DNA of 64,000 nt, taken from positions 43,669 through 107,668 of IMG/VR virus record IMGVR_UViG_3300014208_000033; one strand, written 5' to 3'. Made by a program: the position numbers and the translations under genes. Under the pieces are notes generated by a model. That model was not told the DNA's origin and made no database searches. It worked only from the letters and a program-made list of their open reading frames with translations. Source of the DNA: a virus. Position 1 is the stretch's first letter. Every line of letters starts with the position of its first letter. Below are positions 17,684 through 28,180 of the stretch, in pieces.

Positions 17684-18350
17684 TCTTCACCTTTGTTTTT
17701 CCATCTTCTATGTAAAATTGGTGTATCTGTTCGATTTCATCGATGTACTCAGGCTCATGCGAGATCATGATGATCTGAATATTGAACTGCTCACACAAGT
17801 TCTTGAAGAACAGGAAGAAACGAGTTCGTAAATCCCTTGAGAGGTTCTTGAGAGGTTCATCCAAGAACAAGATACGTTGGTTCTTAGGACACCTCTGAAG
17901 TATCAGGACTCTCATGATAAGGTCAACAACATCTTTGAGCCCACCAGCAGTATTCTGAATGGGTATCAGATAATCTTGACCTTCACGATTTTCAATCTTG
18001 TAGATGTAAATCTCTTGCTGATTACGATTGATCTTTCGGAAGAAGGTGAAGTTCAGATTATCATCTTCAAAGAGCCCCTTCATAATCTCTGAAAGGACCA
18101 CTTCAATCTTCTTACGAATGCTGAACTGTTCATACACAGCAGAGATATCATTGAGAACATTCAATGCTCTACGCTGTAAGTTCTCATTCTTCTCTAAGTC
18201 AACTATCTTAGACTTCTTCTTCTCTAATTCATCTTGCTTACTCTTCAAGCTCCACTTGCTTGAGTTGTAAATCTCTCGTTTCTTGTTTAACTCCTGCTTC
18301 AGAGTTCCGATTGCATCCTGCAACCGTTGGCTTTCTTCAGAAAATAACAT
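17661..18350 (-). CDS. SbcC/Rad50-like ATPase, C-terminal half
   Basis: Coiled coil, signature-like TAGG, Walker B LFLDEP, H-loop ISH; no Walker A. Confidence 0.8.
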   Translation of the reverse strand: MLFSEESQRLQDAIGTLKQELNKKREIYNSSKWSLKSKQDELEKKKSKIVDLEKNENLQRRALNVLNDISAVYEQFSIRKKIEVVLSEIMKGLFEDDNLNFTFFRKINRNQQEIYIYKIENREGQDYLIPIQNTAGGLKDVVDLIMRVLILQRCPKNQRILFLDEPLKNLSRDLRTRFFLFFKNLCEQFNIQIIMISHEPEYIDEIEQIHQFYIEDGKTKVKSESRTDS

Positions 18351-18795
18351 CTTTTGAAAGCTCCATTTCCATGATGTACTTCTGAATCTTTTCAAGCTCC
18401 TTCTGGAACATCGTAAGAAGGACTAGATTTTTCGAGTACCTATCACCGTTAATCTTGAACCAATGCATGAAGAAACTAAATCGAGTAAGTGCGATCCTAG
18501 CATCATCAGCCTTCTTCAACGCTTCACCAAAGAAAACCATAGCTTGAAGGAAGTCGTTGTTATTAGTACGTCGATGCTGAACTTTCAGTTCAGTGTTCAG
18601 ATTAACGCCGCACCAACAGCACTTAATAGTGTCATCTTCACCAATGAAACAAAGGTGACGAGGATCATAGATCAGATTAACGTTCTTGAACCACTCTTCC
18701 TGAGGATTAGAAACAAATCGAACACCCTCTTTCTTACATCGAGGGCACTCGATATAGTACACGCTAAGGTCAGAGCACTTGTAATCAATACCCAT
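18337..18795 (-). CDS. Zinc-ribbon hypothetical protein
   Basis: CPRC...CCWC. Confidence 0.55.
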   Translation of the reverse strand: MGIDYKCSDLSVYYIECPRCKKEGVRFVSNPQEEWFKNVNLIYDPRHLCFIGEDDTIKCCWCGVNLNTELKVQHRRTNNNDFLQAMVFFGEALKKADDARIALTRFSFFMHWFKINGDRYSKNLVLLTMFQKELEKIQKYIMEMELSKDVIF

Positions 18796-18993
18796 CAGTC
18801 ACGTCTCCATCCGAAAACATAGCGAAAAGGAAACAGAGAACCGTGATAGGCCATGCAATCGTAAAGAAAAGATGCTCCTCGTTGGTCATCTTCTCAAGTT
18901 CTTCCATCTTAGTATCAACATAATTGAGATACATATGAGTAACGATGATCATAGTAGCGTACATGAAACAGAAGTAGAACATGTTCTCACTCA

Positions 18994-19242
18994 TTAGATA
19001 TCTTCACTCTCTTCCTCTAACTCAATGTTAAGTAAACTCTTCAACTCATTCTCAACGGTTTCAATTGTGTTCTTCAATTCTTCAGTTGAACCGATCTGAT
19101 ACTCGTTATTCAACTCATCAAGAATCTCCTTCTTATTCTTCTCAAGAGACTTGATCTCCCAAGTAAGCTTTTGCTTCTTCTCACTGAGATCCTTCTGCAT
19201 CTTGATAATCGACTTAGCCTTATCGATGACGAGAGTATTCAC
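18994..19242 (-). CDS. Small coiled-coil protein
   Basis: AAGGAGG RBS; heptad-rich; lies between SbcD and the SbcC C-half. Confidence 0.6.
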   Translation of the reverse strand: MNTLVIDKAKSIIKMQKDLSEKKQKLTWEIKSLEKNKKEILDELNNEYQIGSTEELKNTIETVENELKSLLNIELEEESEDI

Positions 19243-19255
19243 CCTTCCTCCTTAT

Positions 19256-19284
19256 ATAATACGTATTTACTCTTCAGTTAGCAA
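19256..19284 (-). promoter_or_regulatory. Sigma70-like promoter
   Basis: TTGCTA-17 nt-TATTAT. Confidence 0.5.
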
Positions 19285-20151
19285 AGGTTTTTCTGTGTAA
19301 AGTTTCTCTAAGTAGTTGAACACATCTTCTTCGATCTTGTCATCTGACTTAAGTGAGGTTAAGAGCTTATCGAAGTCAAACACCTTGATCTCAAAGTCTT
19401 TCAGATTTTTCTTAACGTAGTCAACTAGCGCATTCGTTCTCTCTTCCATGTTCATAGGAGACGACTTCTCTTTGAACGGAGAGTCTTGAATGTTCTTAAG
19501 CTCGATCATCTCGCAAGAGAGTTTTTCGTCTACTGTGATCAGAGCGAAGCATGGCTTACGGTCGATATTCCGCTCAGACCCAATACCCCTTGCGAGAGAT
19601 CCAGGACTGATGAAGTGTACTCCAGGCTTATAGGACTTGAAACCCTGAGGCTGATGATAGTGAGATATCAGGTACACATCATTTTTCTCTGAGTGATCAA
19701 CTAACTCACTATAGAGTTTGTGATCCCATGGAACAGATTTCTCTACGACTGTCTCATGCATCAGGATAAAGTTGTAACCACCGATTTTGAGATTAGCTGG
19801 ATCTTTATAGACTTTCATCAAGCCCATTTTTTGAAGTGTGAGTAGTCCAGACTTCTCGATAGCTGTATCGTAGTTACCCTTGATAGTATGATTACCTGAG
19901 ATACAACGGATGATCTTCTGAGTTCCCTTGAGTGGTTCTAAGACTTTGGCTACTTTGTTTATCAGGTCACAGTTCTGAGTAGGTGAGTCAAAGAAATCAC
20001 CACCAGAGATCCAGTAGTCGATATCATTCGCTAAGACGTAATCAACAACTTCCTTGAGCTTAGTGAGCATTGACTCAAGATAGTCATCAGTCCTAATTCG
20101 TGGCTGACGATTTGTGATATGCTCGTCAGTGGTGTAGAGGATTTTTTTCAT
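19267..20151 (-). CDS. SbcD/Mre11-like nuclease
   Basis: DEH, GGDFFD, GNH, SHYH, PGSL motifs. Confidence 0.9.
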   Translation of the reverse strand: MKKILYTTDEHITNRQPRIRTDDYLESMLTKLKEVVDYVLANDIDYWISGGDFFDSPTQNCDLINKVAKVLEPLKGTQKIIRCISGNHTIKGNYDTAIEKSGLLTLQKMGLMKVYKDPANLKIGGYNFILMHETVVEKSVPWDHKLYSELVDHSEKNDVYLISHYHQPQGFKSYKPGVHFISPGSLARGIGSERNIDRKPCFALITVDEKLSCEMIELKNIQDSPFKEKSSPMNMEERTNALVDYVKKNLKDFEIKVFDFDKLLTSLKSDDKIEEDVFNYLEKLYTEKPLLTEE

Positions 20152-20654
20152 TACCTTTTAAGCCATTCGTTAAACTTACTAAATCTTTCATGATTATGAT
20201 TTACGAAATTAAATTTGAAATAGTCAATTACGTCAAAACGTTGTTTATCATACACACACAACCAAAAGGAACTTTCGTCTACAAGATCCGCTTCACACTT
20301 AACACCTTCATCGAAAATCTTAGCGATTCTATCTCCATCACAACAAAGGTAAACCCCCTTGAGTTTACCCTCATCAAACTTGTAAACAGAGATCATCACC
20401 AAGCATCCAGCATTCATCAGGTCAATCATCTTGGCCTTCTGACCGATAGTGTACTGGTCAGACTTCAAGAACCATGATTGAGTCTTATGAGCAACCTTAC
20501 CCTCGATATCGAACTTCATCCCAAAGAATGAACCTGTGATATCAGGCTCACTCTTCGTGAACATATTACCATGAGTCTTATGACAAATGATCTTATTCTT
20601 GAAAGCGTCATTGATACTCTTGACTAAGATAGCATTACAAGCAGCCTCATTCAT
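20151..20654 (-). CDS. PD-(D/E)xK nuclease (VRR-NUC/Holliday junction resolvase-like)
   Basis: MNE..., EPDITG...DIEGK, downstream Q. Confidence 0.7.
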   Translation of the reverse strand: MNEAACNAILVKSINDAFKNKIICHKTHGNMFTKSEPDITGSFFGMKFDIEGKVAHKTQSWFLKSDQYTIGQKAKMIDLMNAGCLVMISVYKFDEGKLKGVYLCCDGDRIAKIFDEGVKCEADLVDESSFWLCVYDKQRFDVIDYFKFNFVNHNHERFSKFNEWLKR

Positions 20655-20842
20655 TGTTACTCCTATAAATGACGTATACTGATAAGATAGATATCAACAC
20701 TGATAAAACTACAAGAATAACGTAAGGAGAAACTGGATCAGATCCAGAGTGAGAGTTCATTAGCATGTATGATATCAATCCTAATCCTCCAACTAATACA
20801 CCAAGTAGAAAAGCAATAACAAAAATAAATAGATAAACCCAC

Positions 20843-21064
20843 TTAGGAGTTGTCATCTTTCTTCCCTTCTTCCTTACTGGCAAGCATCTGCTTCTTCCTA
20901 GTTGAAACAGCTTTCATAATGAGGTCAACACACTCAATACAGATTTCAATCTTTGAATAACCGACTTTTCGCTCGACACTAGCAACTATCTCCTCAGGCT
21001 CAACAACCTCTTCACAAAAAGTACACTGTCTGATTTTGTTTCTCTTAACGCTGATCATTGTCAT
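20843..21064 (-). CDS. ClpX-type C4 zinc-finger protein
   Basis: CTFC...ICIECV. Confidence 0.55.
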   Translation of the reverse strand: MTMISVKRNKIRQCTFCEEVVEPEEIVASVERKVGYSKIEICIECVDLIMKAVSTRKKQMLASKEEGKKDDNS

Positions 21065-22539
21065 ACGAAATCCAACCCTTCACTATCATCTTCCTTAGAG
21101 TTTCTAGGAACCTCGATGAGTCTCATGATATCAAGTCTGTTCTCAAGATTTATGAAGTCACCTTCAAAGCTTCGTCCTTTAACGAGGATAAGCCTCTTTC
21201 TCTTTTTGCTAAGAGTTGTAATAGCGAAGCAGGCGTCCATGTGATCGGGAATCTTGTCTGAATCTCTGAAGTGCCGTGGGGATATGTTTCGTAATTCACC
21301 ATCAGCATCTCTATTAAGTTGGCAGAGTAAGAAGCCGGGTATGTTATACTCTTTGACGATTTCATGAAACTCCTTACTGATGTTAGACGCTGCATCTTCC
21401 TTCTTCAGCATAGCAGGATATTTCATGATGTTGAGATTATCTACCACCAGAAGAAAGTTGTTTCCCCACCTACGGTAGAACTGCCTAACGTAATACCTCA
21501 ACTCAGAAAGATTAAGTGACGGCTTATCGATGATCTTAAACTCGTTCTTCCGCTTCTTTCGTGATACCTTAACGAGCTTAGATACGAATTCGTCTTTCTC
21601 TTCCTGTGAAGCCCAGTTACCTTTAAGAACTTTCCCGAAGCTAGTTTCAGTTCGTGCAGCGTCAAGTCTAGCTTCAAGTTCCTTATTGGGCATCTCAAGG
21701 TTGAAATGAAGTATGTTCATCTCAGAGTTATCAAAAGCGTAAACTTCTTCCTGCAACGCAAAAGCCGTTTTCCCTTGCGCTGTTCGTCCTGCAAGACAAT
21801 AAGCTCTGCCTCTGGTCCATCCATCGGTCCAAGCATTGAGAGTAGGAAGAGTGAACGGAACCCCCATGACTTTTTCCGAATTTTCGGACTTGAGATCATA
21901 GACTTGGTTATAATACTCAACACGCTCTTTGGTGTTAGACTCATAGCCAACTATGATGATCTTCTGGTCGTCCCTGAGGAGACTTCTAAGAACTTCTTCC
22001 TCTTCCTCGCGCCATATCATTATGAACTCGACCATATCTTTGCCGAGTTTTCTAGCTTTAAGACATTCTCTCCTGACCATACACTCTTCACAGTCAGCCG
22101 TCTTAGTCTCAACCGTGAAGCATTTGTTCTTTGCCATCAAGTATTCTTTCTTCGACATTTTCATTCTAGCTCGAAGAATGTAATCATTGACGGCACACTT
22201 CAGTTCAGTCTTCCAGGTATCGAAATACTCATCGTCTGAGTTCTCATCGTAAAGCTTCTTAGCCTTGTCGTAGACCTGGAAGTATATCTGAACCTTTGGG
22301 TTATCGTAGACGGTATCAGGATCTAGGTTATGGAGATGCGATATCATCTCCTTATAGCGAATGAAAGTGATGACTCTGTTCTCAAGCTCATAGACTTTCT
22401 TCAGTATGTAAACGATGTTCATTAGAGCTTTATTGTTAGAAAGTAAACTAAGTGGAAAATCTGTTCTCGTCATGAAATAATTGAGAGCGTTGACGTTGAA
22501 GAACAGACCACCTAGAATAAAGTACAGTCTGTCTTGCAT
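21061..22539 (-). CDS. dnaB: Replicative DNA helicase (DnaB family)
   Basis: Walker A GRTAQGKT, FNLEM, VVDNL, LCQLNR, RDSDKI, KGR. Confidence 0.9.
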   Translation of the reverse strand: MQDRLYFILGGLFFNVNALNYFMTRTDFPLSLLSNNKALMNIVYILKKVYELENRVITFIRYKEMISHLHNLDPDTVYDNPKVQIYFQVYDKAKKLYDENSDDEYFDTWKTELKCAVNDYILRARMKMSKKEYLMAKNKCFTVETKTADCEECMVRRECLKARKLGKDMVEFIMIWREEEEEVLRSLLRDDQKIIIVGYESNTKERVEYYNQVYDLKSENSEKVMGVPFTLPTLNAWTDGWTRGRAYCLAGRTAQGKTAFALQEEVYAFDNSEMNILHFNLEMPNKELEARLDAARTETSFGKVLKGNWASQEEKDEFVSKLVKVSRKKRKNEFKIIDKPSLNLSELRYYVRQFYRRWGNNFLLVVDNLNIMKYPAMLKKEDAASNISKEFHEIVKEYNIPGFLLCQLNRDADGELRNISPRHFRDSDKIPDHMDACFAITTLSKKRKRLILVKGRSFEGDFINLENRLDIMRLIEVPRNSKEDDSEGLDFV

Positions 22540-22542
22540 CCT

Positions 22543-23649
22543 TTATCCATTCATACTGTTCACGTTTACCTTTATGCAAACCTTACCGTAATACTTCGGT
22601 TCCCCTTCAGCTATGAATATATCGAACTCACTAAGCCACACACCTAACAGCACTTTGTCTTTCTTGTCCTTATCCTGACAAATCCATCTGGACACAATTC
22701 GGTTAGGAGTAACCCCAGGCTTATCAGACTTTCGAGGTATCCACCCTATCTGTATCCACTTATCTTTCTTCGGAAGATGCAACTCAATCGCAACAGCATT
22801 CGGATCTTCATCACCCTCAGACTTAAACGGCTTATGAGTGAGTCTGATCTTCGCCTCACTCACCTTTGCGTAGTTGTTCTTCAGATGCTTGTGGATCTTA
22901 CCAGTGAGTTCACTCATGTTGATCCCAGCAATGCGAAACTCAAATATCGCTTCACCGTCTACATCTTCATGAAGTCCCATGATTTGTGTTCCCTTAGGTC
23001 TGAGTGTCAACTCTTTCAGACCTGCATTAGCAGAGAACAAACTCTGATTCTCTGCTCTATTGTATAATACGGATCTACCATAGCTATTAGTAAACGATTT
23101 CTTTGACTTGGTAAGGTAGATGTGAAGCATCTGATCTGAACACTCAGACTCAAATGTTAGTGCCTTCTCAAGTGTAAGACCAAATCTCTCAGCGTAAGTC
23201 CAATAGAGAAGCGGATAGTCAAACGAGTAAGCATTAACTGGCCTGATAGGTGTGATGACTATCAAATGATCTCTGCACACTCTAACACTTTGCTCGAATA
23301 GATCACTGATGATTTTGTAATGAGCGAGCAAGTCTTTGTTAGGAACATCAGCAATATCAACTATCATATTCTGCATTGCTTTGTTAGCGTAGTCTTTGAT
23401 AGCTTCAACTTGATCTTCTGCATAAGAGATCACTTGAAGCTTAGTCTCATTTTGCTTACACTCTATCTTGTAAGCTTTCAATGGTGAGCTATCAAGTGAA
23501 CTGATACCAACAATAGGAAGCCCCATGTTGGTAAACTCTCTGAGGATAGAACCTTTGTTAGTGAATGGGTTTAAGTTGTTCTCACTTCCATGAACAAACC
23601 CCTTGATCACTTCAAATATCGTCACTACTCGTGTCATGGTTAGCCTCAA
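22543..23649 (-). CDS. Protein with C-terminal HIRAN-like domain
   Basis: FRIAGI...DPNAVAI...IGWIPR. Confidence 0.6.
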   Translation of the reverse strand: MRLTMTRVVTIFEVIKGFVHGSENNLNPFTNKGSILREFTNMGLPIVGISSLDSSPLKAYKIECKQNETKLQVISYAEDQVEAIKDYANKAMQNMIVDIADVPNKDLLAHYKIISDLFEQSVRVCRDHLIVITPIRPVNAYSFDYPLLYWTYAERFGLTLEKALTFESECSDQMLHIYLTKSKKSFTNSYGRSVLYNRAENQSLFSANAGLKELTLRPKGTQIMGLHEDVDGEAIFEFRIAGINMSELTGKIHKHLKNNYAKVSEAKIRLTHKPFKSEGDEDPNAVAIELHLPKKDKWIQIGWIPRKSDKPGVTPNRIVSRWICQDKDKKDKVLLGVWLSEFDIFIAEGEPKYYGKVCIKVNVNSMNG

Positions 23650-24841
23650 AGAATTTCTTGCAGCCTTCTGCTATTGGTTCACCAGAGTAAGGACAAAGTT
23701 CCATCTTGGACTTAGAGATAATCTCTTTGCAGTTCTCTTCTTCTTTGGTGATATCAGTAAGTGAAATCCTAAGTGAACTAATCTTAGAGTCAAGTGAAAG
23801 CACTTTCTTGTATGACAACATCATCTTAGTGTGCTTCTCAAGTAACTCTTGTGCTGCTGGAATATCCTGGCACTTAGGTAACTCAGAAAGCTGAACTTTG
23901 AAGTCCTTGAGAGGCTTAATGACTTTCTTGAGTCTAATCACATAACCATTAAGCTTCTCAAACTTCTCAATCAGTGGAAGTATCTCATCGACTGATACTT
24001 CCTTCTTTTCAATTGAGTCAACCTCAAGTTTCTTTGCTTTGATTTCCTTCTCGTCTTTGTCTAAGACGACACACTTCTTAACCATTGCAAGATACTTGAT
24101 CATCAACTCATCAGCATGCTTGAAAGTATCTTCAGTCTGAACATAGTCTTTCTCTATACCAGCGAAAGACTTCTCCTGATTATCAACTTCACTTGCAAGC
24201 AACTTACATTCATCAACATGAATGTTCAGTGTTCTCTTAGTCTTGAGGATATCTTTCCTGATGAACCTATTCAGTTCATCAACTATATCATTACCTTCAA
24301 GGATAGAAAACACTTGATTGAGTTCAGCGGGAGACAACTGCTCAAAGATGAAATCTTCATGCTGGCCTCGGAAGCCTGGGATAACCAACTTACCATCTTG
24401 AAGTTCCAATAAGAAGAGAGGAAAAAGTTTCTTGATATCATCTGGAAGAGATGAATAACCCTTACCTAACTTCTCATTAGGAACACCGTCGATGATGTAC
24501 TGGTCATTAGACTTCTTACGCTTGATCTCAATCTTCTTAGACTGGCACTTAGGGCAATGAGCAAACTGCTGCTTATCCTCATACTGACAGAGTAAGCAGT
24601 AATACTTAACCTCATCTGAACGCTTACGTTCGATTACATTCTCAGAAGTCTCGATCTTGATAGACGAATCTTCCTCATTGTAACGTGTACCAATTGGCTT
24701 GAAGAAAAAGAAAGACTGAAGTGCTCTGAATAAGGCACTCTTACCAGTGTCAGAAGAACCAACGATAGCATTAGTATTTTGGAGATTGATCTTAGTAAGT
24801 TGATGAGACTCTATATTCTTGAGAACTAACTTCTTAATCAT
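23612..24841 (-). CDS. SbcC/Rad50-like ATPase, N-terminal half
   Basis: IKKLVLKNIESH, Walker A GSSDTGKS, Q-loop GQH, coiled coil ending in hook-like CPYSG. Confidence 0.85.
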   Translation of the reverse strand: MIKKLVLKNIESHQLTKINLQNTNAIVGSSDTGKSALFRALQSFFFFKPIGTRYNEEDSSIKIETSENVIERKRSDEVKYYCLLCQYEDKQQFAHCPKCQSKKIEIKRKKSNDQYIIDGVPNEKLGKGYSSLPDDIKKLFPLFLLELQDGKLVIPGFRGQHEDFIFEQLSPAELNQVFSILEGNDIVDELNRFIRKDILKTKRTLNIHVDECKLLASEVDNQEKSFAGIEKDYVQTEDTFKHADELMIKYLAMVKKCVVLDKDEKEIKAKKLEVDSIEKKEVSVDEILPLIEKFEKLNGYVIRLKKVIKPLKDFKVQLSELPKCQDIPAAQELLEKHTKMMLSYKKVLSLDSKISSLRISLTDITKEEENCKEIISKSKMELCPYSGEPIAEGCKKFFEANHDTSSDDI

Positions 24842-25947
24842 TCATCAAACTCCGAGTTAAAGATTTCAGGGTCAGCGTTGAGCTTATCGATGAAACTCTG
24901 CTTCTCTTTATCGATGATCAACGTCGTGAGCTTTGACCAGATTTTACTACCTGCACCTGTAATCCAAGCGATAAGTTCCTTCTTATTCTTCGCAACAGTT
25001 CGGGACTTCTCACCCTTACCGACTCGATAAGATTTCTGAGTACCATTCTTATCAACATGAAGTAACCCGAATTCTCTAGCCTTAATGAGATACCACTTGT
25101 AAGGGGAAATACCTCGACGGAAGTAGAATGAAAGACCTTCGATAGAAGCCATAGATGAAACAGTTGACTTAGGTATCTTGATCAAAAGGATACGACCAAG
25201 ATCCTTTGTAATACCGTTCTCAGTCTTAGTGATCTTCTTACGGGGATAGATGAACCACCTAGTTGAAGCGAAGAACCTAATCGTCTCACCTGAGGTAGTT
25301 TCATAGATAGGGTATTTGTTCATGACTTTACCCTTTTCCTTCAGATGATCGATGCAAATGATTGACTTCTTATTCTCAGCAACACGATTAACAATGCTCC
25401 TGAGAATACGATCAATCAAACCAGCCTGGGCGCGTTGACGCTCATTCTGGTCTATATTCTGCTCAATAGTAGCCTTAGGTATGATGGCCTTGAGACTATC
25501 AATTACCGTGATGATAACATCAGGATCGTCAACATAGTTAGAGATAGTTGTCCCACCATCTTCACCGTTGGTAGGACGAGCATAGAGTATCCTTGAAGGA
25601 TTCACATTATAGAGCTTACAGAAATATCTAATCATCCTAAGCTGAACACGACCCTCAAAGTCAGAGAAATATGCTTTGAAGTTCTCGGCTAACTTAGAAA
25701 GAGCAAACACTACCATTTGACTAACAAGAGTTGTCTTACCAACACCGGAAGGACCGGCGATATGCATTATGGCGCCAAGAGGAATACCACCAACAGAAGA
25801 ATCTATCTCACCGATACCAGTAGGAAGAAACTCTTGATCTTCATCGATCTGATCTAATGACTGAACCTTAGTCTCTCCTCTGGATTTCTTTCCAGTTTTC
25901 TCTAAGAGTTCTTCAGTGGAATCTTCATCCTCAAGAATCTCTGACAT
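24838..25947 (-). CDS. RecA/UvsX-like recombinase
   Basis: LPTG..ID...GGIP.G, GPSGVGKT, VIDSL, SGETIRF; start moved to MSEIL. Confidence 0.9.
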   Translation of the reverse strand: MSEILEDEDSTEELLEKTGKKSRGETKVQSLDQIDEDQEFLPTGIGEIDSSVGGIPLGAIMHIAGPSGVGKTTLVSQMVVFALSKLAENFKAYFSDFEGRVQLRMIRYFCKLYNVNPSRILYARPTNGEDGGTTISNYVDDPDVIITVIDSLKAIIPKATIEQNIDQNERQRAQAGLIDRILRSIVNRVAENKKSIICIDHLKEKGKVMNKYPIYETTSGETIRFFASTRWFIYPRKKITKTENGITKDLGRILLIKIPKSTVSSMASIEGLSFYFRRGISPYKWYLIKAREFGLLHVDKNGTQKSYRVGKGEKSRTVAKNKKELIAWITGAGSKIWSKLTTLIIDKEKQSFIDKLNADPEIFNSEFDE

Positions 25948-26010
25948 GAAAAAACCCCTTAATGGAAAGCCCCCCATGGTAGGTTTTTGATTTCCCACCA
26001 TGAGGGGCTG
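25948..26010 (-). terminator. Stem-loop between the 61-aa gene and the recombinase
   Basis: AGCCCC(T)CATGGT...ACCATGGGGGCT stem followed by T-rich sequence on the - strand. Confidence 0.45.
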
Positions 26011-26016
26011 ATTAGA

Positions 26017-26202
26017 TTAAACTAACGTCCTAACAGCACAGTCCTTAGCCTCAAGCAACTTACGCAAAGCGGCAGTTCGCTCAGGTCCATCGGGAAGAGT
26101 GTTGACAATGAAATTAGCTAAGTCACAGAAAGGCTTAGAGACAGCCTGGAGATGAACAGGAAGATGCTCGTACTTGAAATACTTGATGATATCAGAACCC
26201 AT
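26017..26202 (-). CDS. Small helical-hairpin protein, Acb2/Tad1-like candidate
   Basis: YFKYEHLP...LPDGPERTAALRKLLEAKDCAVR; AGGAG RBS. Confidence 0.45.
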   Translation of the reverse strand: MGSDIIKYFKYEHLPVHLQAVSKPFCDLANFIVNTLPDGPERTAALRKLLEAKDCAVRTLV

Positions 26203-26249
26203 TTGTTACTCCTTAGAGATCATCTGTTTGATTCAGATAACTCATTTCC

Positions 26250-27662
26250 TCAAAACGGAATGTCATCATCACCACTATCATCGTCATCAGACTCAGAATT
26301 AAGCTCCTCGTCCAAGTCATCGCTCTTAGCCTTCTTCTTAGGTTTGTCAGTCTTCGATTTCTTGGGAGCCTCATCCTCGTCGTCATCAGACTCTTCTGCC
26401 TTAGCAGGCTTCTTAGAAGGCTTCGGCTTCTCCTCTTCATCATCACTGGTCAACTCATCATCGTCATCCTTCTGAGCAGCCTTCTTCTCGGACTTCTTAG
26501 CAGGCTTCTTCTCATCCTCATCATCATCGAGGTCAAGGTCGTCATCATCAGACGACTTAACTTCCTTCACGTCCTCATCGTCAGTATCACTATCTTCCTT
26601 GGCGGGCTTCTTCGGCTTCTTAGGAGGGCTTTTCTCTTCCGAATTTTCGGAATCAACTACCTCGCCGTCGTCATCCCCAGGAGCCTCTTCCTTATCGACG
26701 CCAAGAACACGATACTGATCCTCAACAGTGATAGGACCATAGAAGTAATTCAGATCAGGAATGAGATTATTCTTCTGACACTCAAGCAGGAAAGCATGAT
26801 TAGCCTTAGCCTGCTTGAGAAGCTTCTCCATCTTCAGCTTCTTCTCATCAGAAAGCTCCTCAGGGATCTTGAACGGGAGAATCGGGAAGTCCTTATCCTT
26901 AGTCACAGCCCAATTCTGGTTAATCCCCTTACCCGACTTCTGAACATTAACCACAAATCCCTTGCGAGGATGCCAGAACAAAGGATACTTAGCAGGACAC
27001 TCCTTCAGCCACTTCTCCTTAATTGCATCCTCGCTCAAACCAGCAAACTCAGGCTCGTCTGCATGCTCCTCACAATACTCCGCAAAGGGAGTCGCGCGCT
27101 CCTGCATGAAGTTAGCGAAACTCTTCTGCCAGAAGAAATCAGAAATCTGGAACATCTCAAGCACTCGCTCGAATCCAGTCTCTTCCTTCTTCTTATAAAG
27201 AGCAACACCAATAAACCCAACCACCTTGCGAGCCTTAGCGGCCAGCGCATTCTTTGAAATCTTATTGGCAAGCTCCTCGTTACCATCAGCCTTAGCCTCA
27301 TTGAACTTATCCCACCAAGGCTTGAGACGCTTGCAAACAAGACACTTATCATCACCAGTACACTGAATAGAATACTGACGAGTATGAGGGAACAGACCAC
27401 CAGTCTTAGAACCCTTCATAGGACCGATAAAACTATGGATCTTCTGAATCTTCGGAGGAGGAATATAAAGACCGTTGAATGAACCGGAGTTATCCTTAGG
27501 AATGCAAGCGATATAAACTAAGTGAGAAGTGCTCTCACCGTCACGACCCCAAGCATGCCTAACAGCCTTAACGTAATCCATCTTCTTACCCTGACCGCTG
27601 CTCTTGCTAGCGTCGAGAAACTCTTCCTCTTCCTTGGTCAGAGTGTAGTCGCCCTTACCCAT
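26250..27662 (-). CDS. Single-stranded DNA-binding protein (gp32-like) with long acidic tail
   Basis: Zn-like C..C..C core, very long Asp/Lys-rich tail ending DDDIPF; between PolB and RecA. Confidence 0.7.
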   Translation of the reverse strand: MGKGDYTLTKEEEEFLDASKSSGQGKKMDYVKAVRHAWGRDGESTSHLVYIACIPKDNSGSFNGLYIPPPKIQKIHSFIGPMKGSKTGGLFPHTRQYSIQCTGDDKCLVCKRLKPWWDKFNEAKADGNEELANKISKNALAAKARKVVGFIGVALYKKKEETGFERVLEMFQISDFFWQKSFANFMQERATPFAEYCEEHADEPEFAGLSEDAIKEKWLKECPAKYPLFWHPRKGFVVNVQKSGKGINQNWAVTKDKDFPILPFKIPEELSDEKKLKMEKLLKQAKANHAFLLECQKNNLIPDLNYFYGPITVEDQYRVLGVDKEEAPGDDDGEVVDSENSEEKSPPKKPKKPAKEDSDTDDEDVKEVKSSDDDDLDLDDDEDEKKPAKKSEKKAAQKDDDDELTSDDEEEKPKPSKKPAKAEESDDDEDEAPKKSKTDKPKKKAKSDDLDEELNSESDDDDSGDDDIPF

Positions 27663-27676
27663 TGATCATTTCCTTT

Positions 27677-28180
27677 CTACATCTTGACGTGAGTACGGTT
27701 GATGATGTTCTCATAGGACTTCAATACGTCTGGCATCTTCGTGATCGGCCAGAAAATCGTGTTCTCTACAAGCTTATAATAGTAATCCCACCTTGCTATT
27801 ATCAACTTTATCTTCTTATGATCATTATTAGCGTATAACTCTGCTTTTACATCAGACTCCTTTAATTCATCAACTATTGTTGGCTGCTTCTCTTTCCTAA
27901 GCTTCATCTGAGTCTTGATAGTATCCTTAAGTCTAGCCTTTATCTGAATCTGTTCATTAGCCTTCCAGCTATCGAATTCTATCTCGAAGTTGTTCTTCAT
28001 CTTGTAGATGTAAGCTAAGACCTTACCCCAATCAGAAGACTTCTTTACGATAGTCGATAGCTGTTTCATGATGTTGGTCGGATCAACATTAAGGATGAGA
28101 GAGTCTTTATCTAACTCTTTCAGCTTCTCATTAAGCTTCTTCCTTAATGCTGGTTCCTTAGTGAAAATCTCAGGTATCAT
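27677..28180 (-). CDS. UvsY-like recombination mediator (putative)
   Basis: Helical protein between PolB and SSB; ESDVKAEL segment. Confidence 0.4.
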   Translation of the reverse strand: MIPEIFTKEPALRKKLNEKLKELDKDSLILNVDPTNIMKQLSTIVKKSSDWGKVLAYIYKMKNNFEIEFDSWKANEQIQIKARLKDTIKTQMKLRKEKQPTIVDELKESDVKAELYANNDHKKIKLIIARWDYYYKLVENTIFWPITKMPDVLKSYENIINRTHVKM

